DNA from: Candidatus Multivoradales bacterium
Lineage (GTDB): Bacteria > Acidobacteriota > Thermoanaerobaculia > Multivoradales > J023
Assembly (NCBI GenBank): GCA_965248925.1
Contig: CBDFLE010000005.1
Span: 1,600,001 to 1,664,000 of the forward strand
Direction: 5' to 3'
DNA: 64,000 nt
The notes under the pieces are model-generated. The model was not told the DNA's origin and did not search any database. It saw only the letters and a list, made by a program, of their open reading frames with translations. The translations under genes and the position numbers were made by a program. Shown here in pieces: positions 19,529 to 27,769 of the stretch. Position 1 is the stretch's first letter. Each line of letters begins with the position of its first letter.

Positions 19529-19568
19529 ACCCGCCGCTATCGGACCAACACACTGTTAGGACACCACC
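19529..19568 (-). repeat. Inverted repeat copy B
   Basis: Minus strand ggtggtgtcctaacagtgtgttggtccgatagcggcgggt. Confidence 0.85.
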
Positions 19569-19604
19569 AGGCGCCGCCGCGGCAGCGACGTGCTGAGCTG
19601 CGCC

Positions 19605-19613
19605 TGCTAGAAT
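19605..19613 (+). promoter_or_regulatory. Extended -10 promoter for second radical SAM operon
   Basis: TGcTAGAAT about 47 nt before the TTG start. Confidence 0.45.
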
Positions 19614-19659
19614 ACTGCTTCGTCCTCGAACCTCAGCCTCCTTTGCGAGAGCACCTGTC

Positions 19660-21072
19660 TTGAAGAAGCACAAAGTCGTCCTCTACAACCCGCGAGCGGT
19701 GTTCTACACCATGCCTTTAGCTCTAGTGGCGGTGGGCTCGGCGCTGGACCGCGAACGCTTCGAAGTGGTGTTGATCGACGGCCGCCTGGAGAACGATGCC
19801 GAGCGGCGGGTCGCTGAAGAGGCTGCTGATGCCCTCTGTCTGGGAATTTCGGTACTGACCGGAGCACCGATTCGTGACGCCCTGGCCGTCGGCCGGGCGG
19901 CCAAACGACGCTCGCCCCAGCTGCCGGTGGTGTGGGGCGGCTGGCATCCTTCGTTGTTTCCGCTGCCGGTCCTCGACGAGCCGCTGATCGACATCACCAT
20001 CCAGGGCCAGGGAGAGCGCACCTTCGCCGAACTGGTCGAACGCCTCGCCGCGGGCCAGGACCTGGAGGGCGTTCAGGGCCTGTCCTGGCGCCGTGACGGC
20101 CAAGCGGTGCGCAACCCACCGCGACAGCTGGAAGAAATGGAAGACCTGCCGCAGCACGACTACAGCTTGATGCCGGTGGAACGCTACTTCGATCTCAAGG
20201 GCCAGCGCCAACTCGACTACATATCCTCCACCGGCTGCCTCTTCCGCTGCGCCTTCTGCGCTGACCCCTTCGTTTACCAGCGGCGCTGGAAAGCGATTTC
20301 GCCCGCACGCCTGGGAACCGAGATCGAAGAACATTGGCGACGCTACCGGTTCACCGAGCTGGCCTTCCAGGATGAGACCTTCTTCACCTACCGCGAGCGG
20401 GTGGCGGAGATTGCCGAGCAATTCTTGTCTCGCGGCCTCGATTTCCACTGGACTGCCACACTGCGCGCCGACCAAGGGGTGCGGCTGACGCCTGAGACCT
20501 TCGCCCTCTGTGTGCGCTCCGGCATGCGCCGGGTCATGGTGGGGGTCGAATCGGGTTCGCAGGAAATGATGGACTGGATGAAGAAGGACATCAAGATCGA
20601 GCAGGTGTTGGAAACCGCTGAACTCTGCCGCCGCCACGGCGTCGGCGTGATCTTTCCCTTCATCGTCGGCTTCCCCAACGAGACCGAGGCCAGCGTCCAG
20701 GCCACCATGGACCTGATGAAGCGCCTCAAGGCGATGAGCCCATCCTTCGACACGCCGCTGTTCTACTTCAAGCCCTATCCCGGCTCGCCGATCACTCAAG
20801 AGATGGTGGCTAACGGCTACCACCTGCCCGAGACCCTCGACGATTGGGCCGATTTCGACTTCGTTGGCACCTCCAACGAGTGGGTGCCACGGGAGCAAGA
20901 GCGCAAGCTAGAGCGTTTCAAGTTCTACAACCGCTTCGCCTGGGGCCCCGAACGCTGGTTCAAGCGCCCGCTACAGACCGTCTGTCGCTGGCGTTGCCGG
21001 CGGGACTTCTACCGCTGGCCGTTCGAAAAACTAGTGGTCGAGCGGCTGTTCCCGCAAGCCGAACTGTCGTAG
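19660..21072 (+). CDS. Cobalamin-binding radical SAM protein 2
   Basis: MPLAL, VWGGWHPS, GCLFRCAFC, VGVESGS, KPYPGS. Confidence 0.92.
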   Translation: MKKHKVVLYNPRAVFYTMPLALVAVGSALDRERFEVVLIDGRLENDAERRVAEEAADALCLGISVLTGAPIRDALAVGRAAKRRSPQLPVVWGGWHPSLFPLPVLDEPLIDITIQGQGERTFAELVERLAAGQDLEGVQGLSWRRDGQAVRNPPRQLEEMEDLPQHDYSLMPVERYFDLKGQRQLDYISSTGCLFRCAFCADPFVYQRRWKAISPARLGTEIEEHWRRYRFTELAFQDETFFTYRERVAEIAEQFLSRGLDFHWTATLRADQGVRLTPETFALCVRSGMRRVMVGVESGSQEMMDWMKKDIKIEQVLETAELCRRHGVGVIFPFIVGFPNETEASVQATMDLMKRLKAMSPSFDTPLFYFKPYPGSPITQEMVANGYHLPETLDDWADFDFVGTSNEWVPREQERKLERFKFYNRFAWGPERWFKRPLQTVCRWRCRRDFYRWPFEKLVVERLFPQAELS

Positions 21073-21095
21073 ACCGGAGCGGTGGAGACGGAACC

Positions 21096-22502
21096 TTGGA
21101 CTTATTGCTGACTCACGGCTACTTCTTGGCCCACGACGAGCATGAGCAGGACATCATGCGGCCCTACCCGCCGCTGGGCCTGCTCTACGTTTCGTCGCAC
21201 CTCAAGGCCCGGGGATTCGAAGTCGCCGTCTTCGACTCCACCCTGAGCCGCAAGAGCGAACTCGAGGCGCACATCGCCGCCCAGCGCCCGCCAGTGGTTG
21301 GCATTTACGTCAACATGCTGACCCGCGCCAACGTGCTAGAGATCATCCGCTGGTCGAAGGCGGCCGGGGCCAAGGTGGTGTTGGGCGGCCCGGAAGCCGC
21401 CAACTACCCGCGCCAATACCTCGAACGCGGCGCCGACGTGGTGGCCTTTGGCGAAGGTGAACTCACCCTCGAGGCGCTGCTGCCCCATTTCGCCCACCAC
21501 GGCCGCCGCGGACTCGAGGGGGTGGCGGGCATCTACTATCTCGACGACGAGGGCGAGCTGTGCCAGACCGAGGCGCGAGAACAGATCGCCGATCTCGATG
21601 CCCAGCCCTTCCCCGATCGCCAAGCGATCGACATCCCCGGCTACATGGATATCTGGCGCACTCACCACGGCATGGGCTCGGTATCGTTGATCACCGCCCG
21701 CGGCTGCCCCTTCAGGTGCAAATGGTGCAGCCACGCGGTGTTCGGCTACACCCACCGTCGACGCTCGCCGGAGAATGTGGTGGCAGAAGTGGCGCAGATC
21801 ATCGAGCGCTACGATCCGGAGCTGCTGTGGTACGCCGACGACGTCTTCACCATTCAACATAAATGGCTCTATCAATACGCCGATGCGATGCGCGCCCGTG
21901 GTTTCCGCGTGCCCTTCGAGACCATTTCGCGAGAGGACCGGCTGAACGAAAAAGTGGTGAAGACCCTCGCCGACATGGGCTGCTTCAGACTCTGGATCGG
22001 CGCCGAATCCGGCTCGCAAGCAGTTCTCGACGCGATGGATCGGCGGACCGACGCGAGCCGCGTGGTGGAGATGGTGAAACTCCTGCAACAGCACGGTATC
22101 GAGGCCGGGATGTTCATCATGCTGGGCTACCACGGCGAGCGCCAAAGTGATCTGCTGGAGACCGTCGAGCGGCTCAAGGCGGCGCTGCCCGACGTCTTCC
22201 TGACCACCGTCGCCTACCCCATCAAGGGCACCAAATACCACGCCGAAGTCGCCGACCAGGTGGTCTCGCTCAGCGACTCCTGGGAAACCGGCTCCGACCG
22301 CTTGCAGACCATCCTCGGGCGCCATTCTCGACGCTATTACGACCACACCACCCGCTGGATGGTCAACGAAGTCGCCCTGCATCGGCAGCGGGTGCGGCAC
22401 AAGGGCAACCTGCTCGGCCGCGCCCGCCACTACCTCAAGGCGCGCTACGGCCGCCTCGGCATGGCACTGACCCAGCGCCAAGTGGAGCGCGGCAAGCCTT
22501 GA
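21096..22502 (+). CDS. Cobalamin-binding radical SAM protein 3
   Basis: TTG start after GGAG; YPPLG, RGCPFRCKWC, IGAESGS; paralog of protein 1. Confidence 0.92.
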   Translation: MDLLLTHGYFLAHDEHEQDIMRPYPPLGLLYVSSHLKARGFEVAVFDSTLSRKSELEAHIAAQRPPVVGIYVNMLTRANVLEIIRWSKAAGAKVVLGGPEAANYPRQYLERGADVVAFGEGELTLEALLPHFAHHGRRGLEGVAGIYYLDDEGELCQTEAREQIADLDAQPFPDRQAIDIPGYMDIWRTHHGMGSVSLITARGCPFRCKWCSHAVFGYTHRRRSPENVVAEVAQIIERYDPELLWYADDVFTIQHKWLYQYADAMRARGFRVPFETISREDRLNEKVVKTLADMGCFRLWIGAESGSQAVLDAMDRRTDASRVVEMVKLLQQHGIEAGMFIMLGYHGERQSDLLETVERLKAALPDVFLTTVAYPIKGTKYHAEVADQVVSLSDSWETGSDRLQTILGRHSRRYYDHTTRWMVNEVALHRQRVRHKGNLLGRARHYLKARYGRLGMALTQRQVERGKP

Positions 22503-23329
22503 GCCAGCTCGCCTCGCATCCCTTCGACAACGCCGCAGGGGCCTACGACTCGGATTTCACTCACCGCCCCTTGGGGCGGATGTTGCGAGCCCGGGTTTGG
22601 GAAGCAATGGACCAGCTCTTCGCCCCCGGCGAGCGCATCTTGGAACTTGGCTGCGGCACCGGCGAGGATGCTCTCTACCTGGCACGGCGTGGGCTCCAGG
22701 TCACTGCCACCGATGCCGCCGCCGGCATGCTCGAGGTCACCGCCAACAAGCTGCGCCACGCCGACTTGACCTCCCGGGTAGAAATCGAACAGCTCGATTT
22801 GACGGCGGTGGCGGCTAACAGTCCTCCGCCGGGCCAAGGATCGACGCTCTTCGACGGTGCCTTCTCCAACTTCGGCGCTTTAAATTGCCAGCCTTCCTGG
22901 CAGCAGCTGGGCGGCGCTCTGAACCATTGGGTTCGCCCCGGCGGCAAGGTGTTGCTGGTGGTGATGGGGCCTTGGTGCCCGTGGGAGGTCGCCGCCTTCC
23001 TAATCCGTGGCCAGCCCGGCAAAGCGGCGCGGCGCTGGCGCGCTGGCCAACCGGCGCAAGTTGGAGATGGCCACACCCTGCCGGTCTGGTACCCCTCGCC
23101 GGGCCGGCTGCGGCGCCAGCTCACCGCCGGCGGTCTTCGCTGGCTGGGCTGCGCCGGCCTGGGAGTGCTCCTGCCACCTTCCTTTCTCGCCGGCCTGGTA
23201 GAGCGCCATTTGCCCACTTTCGAGAATCTCGACCGCTGGGAACGCCGCCTGGCCAAGCGTTTTCCCTTCCCTTGGTTAGGCGATCACTACTTGATGATCC
23301 TCGAACGTCCCGGCGAGACTGCGCCGTGA
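22499..23329 (+). CDS. Class I SAM-dependent methyltransferase
   Basis: ILELGCGTG; FDGAFSNFGALN. Confidence 0.9.
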   Translation: MSQLASHPFDNAAGAYDSDFTHRPLGRMLRARVWEAMDQLFAPGERILELGCGTGEDALYLARRGLQVTATDAAAGMLEVTANKLRHADLTSRVEIEQLDLTAVAANSPPPGQGSTLFDGAFSNFGALNCQPSWQQLGGALNHWVRPGGKVLLVVMGPWCPWEVAAFLIRGQPGKAARRWRAGQPAQVGDGHTLPVWYPSPGRLRRQLTAGGLRWLGCAGLGVLLPPSFLAGLVERHLPTFENLDRWERRLAKRFPFPWLGDHYLMILERPGETAP

Positions 23330-25290
23330 AGGTGCCGAGCTTCCTTCGCGGGCCGCGTCGTGAGCAAGTGATCTGGGCGCTGCTGGCCACCTTGTTGGCC
23401 TGGTCGTTGGTACATCTACCCCGCCATCTGCGGCCCCAGCTCAAGCCGGCGATAGAGGCCGCGGCACGGTGGCACGATCCAGCCAGCCAGCTGGAGATCC
23501 TCGACCCCAGCCCCCATCGCCTGCTGTGGCAAGCAGCCGGCCACCTGCCAGAGAACGCCCGCGTCTTGCTGATCACCGCCGGCAAAGACCCCAAGCAGAG
23601 CGAGTACCGCACCTTCCACCGCGCGCTCTACGCACTGGCGCCGCGGCCGCTCTATTGGCGCTCGCCGGCGCCGGCCGACGGCACCTGGGAGTCCCGTAGC
23701 TGGCGCAGTGGCCCGATCGATTCAGAGTCGGTGCTCGCCGATGCTGCCACCCTCGAGATCAGCCATATCCTGACCCTCGATCCCGTATCCCGTCTGCGGC
23801 TTGGCCCGCAGAACGTGGATCTCGCCGCGGGTCAGCTAGTGGCCCTCGGGGATGCCCGCTTTCGCACCTTCCGCAACACCGCACCAGGCCCTCCGGCGCG
23901 CTGGTGGCCACTCGCCCTAATCGCCGCCCTGGGAGTTCCTTTGCTGTTGGGAGCAGCGGTCTTAAGTTTGCTGGCTGCCCCCTGCGGCGGTGGCGAGCGG
24001 TGGGCATTGGCCATGCTGATCGGCACCGGACTCCTGACCTGGGCCATGTTCGGTCTCGGCCTGGCCGGCTTGGGGCTCGACTTGCAAGTGGCGCTACTAA
24101 CCAGTCTCACTCTCGCTCTGGCAGTGCTCGGCCGCTGGCTGCGCCGCCCGGCGGCTGCCCTAGGGAGTCCTCTCTTTGCCACCCCGCCGCGGCCCGGCGT
24201 CGCCGCCAGCGGCCTGCGCTTCGGGCTGTGGGTAGTGATCGGAAGCTACTTTCTGCTCTCCATTCTGCTCGCCGTCGGCCGGCCGCTGAGCACCTGGGAC
24301 AGTTGGGTCACCTGGGGCATGAAGGCCCGCATCCTATTCTTGGACGGCGGCATTGGTGAGACCATTCTCGGCGATCCGTCGCGGACCGCCACCCACCTCG
24401 ACTATCCACTGCAGCTACCACTGGCCGAGGCTTGGCTCTACTCCTGGCTCGGGCAGCCCGACGAGCGCCTGGTCGGCAGTTGGTCAGTGCTCTATTTGGC
24501 GGCCTTGCTGGCCTTGCTTTTCAGCGCGGTGACGAGCCACGGCGGTAGTCGACGTCTGGCGCTGATGACCACCGCCGTGGTGGCCGCCACCGCCCACGTC
24601 TGGACCCTGGCCGGCATGGTCTTCGCCGACCTGCCGCTAGCCGCCCTGATGCTGGGCACCGCCCACCAACTGTCACGCTTTGTTGGCCGTGGCGAACGAG
24701 CGGCCTTAGTGTTGACCGCGCTCTGTGGCGGACTGCTACCGTGGATGAAGCGCGAAGGCTTGGTGCTGGTCGCTTGCTTGGCCCTGGCCGCACTGTGGAG
24801 CTACGGCCGATCGCGACGCACTTGGACCGCGGTCGCCGCCTTGGCCAGTGGGTGTGTGGTGCTCAGCGGCCCCTGGTGGCTCACGGTCAAGCTAGCCGGC
24901 GCGACCACCAGCGACTTCGCTAGCAGCAGCTTTGCGGCCATGCCGCTGGAGCAAGCAGTGAAGATCTTCTGCCAAACCGCCCGCAGCTTGAGCAGCCCTT
25001 GGGCCTCGGCGGTTTGGTGGCTGCTGCCGCCACTCCTCCTGTGGCGGATCTGGCGGCGCCAGCAGCCACTGGCCGCCACTCCCCACAGCCTGCTGCCAGC
25101 CACTGCCCTGCTTTACCTCGCAGCCATGTCGGCCAGCTATCTGTGGAGCCGCTACACCCCGATCGAAGCCCACATCGGCCACTCCTTCTGGCGCTTGGCG
25201 GTCCATATCTTGCCCCTCGTCGTGCTATGGATAGCTCTATTGGCCAATACCTCCAAAATCGCCCTCAGCGATCGGGGAAAAGCGGCTTGA
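23326..25290 (+). CDS. Polytopic membrane protein, GT-C/ArnT-like glycosyltransferase
   Basis: GTGA overlap start; many TM helices; WDSW..W..KA, HLDYP, ADLP, KREG. Confidence 0.65.
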   Translation: MKVPSFLRGPRREQVIWALLATLLAWSLVHLPRHLRPQLKPAIEAAARWHDPASQLEILDPSPHRLLWQAAGHLPENARVLLITAGKDPKQSEYRTFHRALYALAPRPLYWRSPAPADGTWESRSWRSGPIDSESVLADAATLEISHILTLDPVSRLRLGPQNVDLAAGQLVALGDARFRTFRNTAPGPPARWWPLALIAALGVPLLLGAAVLSLLAAPCGGGERWALAMLIGTGLLTWAMFGLGLAGLGLDLQVALLTSLTLALAVLGRWLRRPAAALGSPLFATPPRPGVAASGLRFGLWVVIGSYFLLSILLAVGRPLSTWDSWVTWGMKARILFLDGGIGETILGDPSRTATHLDYPLQLPLAEAWLYSWLGQPDERLVGSWSVLYLAALLALLFSAVTSHGGSRRLALMTTAVVAATAHVWTLAGMVFADLPLAALMLGTAHQLSRFVGRGERAALVLTALCGGLLPWMKREGLVLVACLALAALWSYGRSRRTWTAVAALASGCVVLSGPWWLTVKLAGATTSDFASSSFAAMPLEQAVKIFCQTARSLSSPWASAVWWLLPPLLLWRIWRRQQPLAATPHSLLPATALLYLAAMSASYLWSRYTPIEAHIGHSFWRLAVHILPLVVLWIALLANTSKIALSDRGKAA

Positions 25291-26822
25291 AATCCCAGAC
25301 AGCTCAGCCCGGTCGGCGACTCAGCACGCTGAAGAGCCTGGTGCCGATCGCCCTTATCGCGCCTGCCAGCGCTTTCTTACTGTCGTTGTTCGGAGCCTTC
25401 GATGGCCTGTACGGTCAAGACGCCTATGCCTACCTCGCCTACGCCAACGGCCCCCTCCGCGAGAGCGTCCTCAGCCTGGCCCCACCCGCTGCCTTCTACT
25501 GGCCACCGGGATATCCGCTGCTAGTCCTGGGCAGTTCCCTGCTGGTCGGCAGCGGCCCCCTGGCCGGCCAACTGGTGAGCCTGGGTGCCGGCTTTGTCGT
25601 TGCCTTGTTCACCGGCCTGCTGGCGGCTGAGCTGGGCCCGAACAAAGGCACTGGCGGGTTCCCCGTGCCAGCGCTGGCGACCTTGGTAATGGCCCTGAAT
25701 GGCCAGCTATGGCTGGCCAGCAGCGTGGTGATGTCCGACGCTGCCGGCCTCGCCGCCGCCACCGTCGGTGCCTGGGCTTTGGCGCGGTTCACCCGTGGTG
25801 GCGCGTCGCGTTGGCTGCTGCTGGCCGCCGCCGCTACCGCCTGGGCGGTGCTGACCCGCTGGGCTTTTGGCCTGCCGGCAGTCCCCTTCACCCTCGCCGC
25901 CTTGGCTGCGCTTCGACATCGGGGGCCACGAGCTTGGCCAGCAGCCGGGGGCGCGGTGCTGGTGGTCGCCCTGGTGCTTGCACCGGCCTGGCTGCAACTC
26001 GCCGACGGTCCAGCAGACGGCGGCGAGACGGTGACCTACTTGGGCAACCTAAAAAACTTCGCCTGGTCGCCGGCCAACACTGTCAAGAGCAGCTTTGACA
26101 CCGTCGACGGCCACCTCGACTATCGCCTGCCGATGGGACTGTTCTTCGCCGCGGCGCCGGCCCGAAGCTTCGCCTTCGCTCCCCTGCTCGCTCTGCTGCT
26201 GCTCCCCGGAGCCTGGCTGGTGGCGCGCCAGCGGTCGGCGCCCGGGCGTTTGATTCTGCTCGGCTGGCCAACCCTCGTGCTGGGCTACCACGCCGGCTCC
26301 ACGCTGCAAAATGTGCGCTTCATCCTGGCCATCGCTCCACCGTTGGCGGTGCTGATCGCAATCGGCTCGCAACAGCTCGGCAAGCGCTGGCTGCGGGGTC
26401 CCGCGCGGCGCTCCCTCAAGGTATTTCTGGCCTGCGGCCTACTGGCCATGGCTGCTGGCGGGGTGAGGTTTCATCGGCTCTTCACCGAACAGAAACAGAA
26501 TCACCTCGAGCTGGTTCGCTGGACTACCCAGCGAATGCCAGCCAAGGCTCGCCTACTGACCTTCAACATGACCCTGGCAATGCGCCAATACAGCGACTTC
26601 GAGGTAGAAGAACTCTACGGCTTGAGCCAGGCCGAGACTCTGGCCCTGGCCACCGATGCCCTGCCCGCCTTCCTCCTTCTCGACCTCGACAGCGTCGAAC
26701 GCCAGTGGCAAGATCACCCCCCGGGAGTCAACTACCGAGCACTGCGCGACGGCCCCGGCCTAGTACCGCTCGGTCAGCTAGACGGCTGGCACCTATTTCG
26801 AGCGATAAGACATGCGAATTGA
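25287..26822 (+). CDS. Polytopic membrane protein, GT-C (GT39/ArnT-like)
   Basis: TTGA overlap start; DGLYGQDAYAY, WPPGYP, MSD motifs; many TMs. Confidence 0.7.
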   Translation: MKSQTAQPGRRLSTLKSLVPIALIAPASAFLLSLFGAFDGLYGQDAYAYLAYANGPLRESVLSLAPPAAFYWPPGYPLLVLGSSLLVGSGPLAGQLVSLGAGFVVALFTGLLAAELGPNKGTGGFPVPALATLVMALNGQLWLASSVVMSDAAGLAAATVGAWALARFTRGGASRWLLLAAAATAWAVLTRWAFGLPAVPFTLAALAALRHRGPRAWPAAGGAVLVVALVLAPAWLQLADGPADGGETVTYLGNLKNFAWSPANTVKSSFDTVDGHLDYRLPMGLFFAAAPARSFAFAPLLALLLLPGAWLVARQRSAPGRLILLGWPTLVLGYHAGSTLQNVRFILAIAPPLAVLIAIGSQQLGKRWLRGPARRSLKVFLACGLLAMAAGGVRFHRLFTEQKQNHLELVRWTTQRMPAKARLLTFNMTLAMRQYSDFEVEELYGLSQAETLALATDALPAFLLLDLDSVERQWQDHPPGVNYRALRDGPGLVPLGQLDGWHLFRAIRHAN

Positions 26823-27567
26823 CCTGCCAGCGGCCAGTAGCGCCAACGCCCTGGCCGCTTCACAACAGGCCGTAGCAGCTAGACCAGCCCTACTTCGCAC
26901 CTTGTGGCGCCGGCTGCTGGAACTCAAATTCCGCTGCTGGCAGCGGCGGCGCTATCGGCGCCTGGCGCTGGTGCAAGTCCGCAAGCTCGAAATCTTGGTG
27001 CTCGACGAAGTCTTCAACCCAGCCATGTTCCGCACCGGGCCGTTCCTGGTCGATACCGTCCACCGAGAGGCCAGCCACCTGGCTGCTGGCGCCAGCGTCT
27101 TGGAACTCGGCAGCGGCAGCGGCATCGGCGCTCTGACTATTGCCAACAGCTGCGACGGAGCGCTGATCACCGCGGTCGACATCAACCCCCAAGCCGTGCG
27201 CTGTAGCCGAATCAATGCCCTGCTGCACGGTCACGCCCAGCAGATCGAAGTGTTGCGGGGAGATCTCTTCGCACCGGTCGCCGGCCGCCGCTTTGACCTG
27301 GTGCTCTTCCACCCTCCCTTTTGGCGCGGCGAGCCCGACAGCGATCACGACCGCGCGCTCTACTCGACCGATATCGCCGAACGCTTCGCGGCCGGTCTAC
27401 CAGCGCACCTAAGCGCCGGTGGCCGATCCTTGCTGCTGCTCTCCAGCGACGGTGACCAAGCCGCTTTCCTCAAGGCGCTGGCGAGAGCCGGATTCACCCT
27501 CCAGCTCTGCGCCAGCCGCGACCTGATCAACGAAGTGCTCACCGCCTACCTGATCCAGCGGCCGTAG
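26812..27567 (+). CDS. HemK-like SAM-dependent methyltransferase
   Basis: VLELGSGSG, VDINP, GDLF, FHPPF (NPPF variant). Confidence 0.85.
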   Translation: MRIDLPAASSANALAASQQAVAARPALLRTLWRRLLELKFRCWQRRRYRRLALVQVRKLEILVLDEVFNPAMFRTGPFLVDTVHREASHLAAGASVLELGSGSGIGALTIANSCDGALITAVDINPQAVRCSRINALLHGHAQQIEVLRGDLFAPVAGRRFDLVLFHPPFWRGEPDSDHDRALYSTDIAERFAAGLPAHLSAGGRSLLLLSSDGDQAAFLKALARAGFTLQLCASRDLINEVLTAYLIQRP

Positions 27568-27769
27568 CTACCGGCGTCAGGGTCCGAGGGAGCCCAGAAG
27601 GTCATGGTTGCCCCGAGATATTCCCTTCAGCTCAGCAAGTGCAATCCCTGGTTCATCGCCTCTTCGACAAAGAACGCCAATTCGAGATAAGTCTAGTTTC
27701 CGAAATAACCCGTACGGCCGACGCCGCTGCGGTCCTGCATCTGCTCCTCCTGCGAGCCTTGGAGGTATC

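Noticed and set aside
20844-21095. N-terminal extension of radical SAM 3 (similarly 22885, 24999, 31606, 52127, 57317 starts)
   Set aside because: Extensions overlap upstream genes or lack an RBS; downstream starts with RBS or 4-bp overlaps fit better
19723-22481. Long antisense ORFs opposite radical SAM genes (also 31342-32757, 47216-48613, 51947-53554)
   Set aside because: Expected shadow ORFs in high-GC coding DNA; no motifs
27568-27769. Small gene or ncRNA between convergent operons
   Set aside because: No convincing ORF, hairpin or motif
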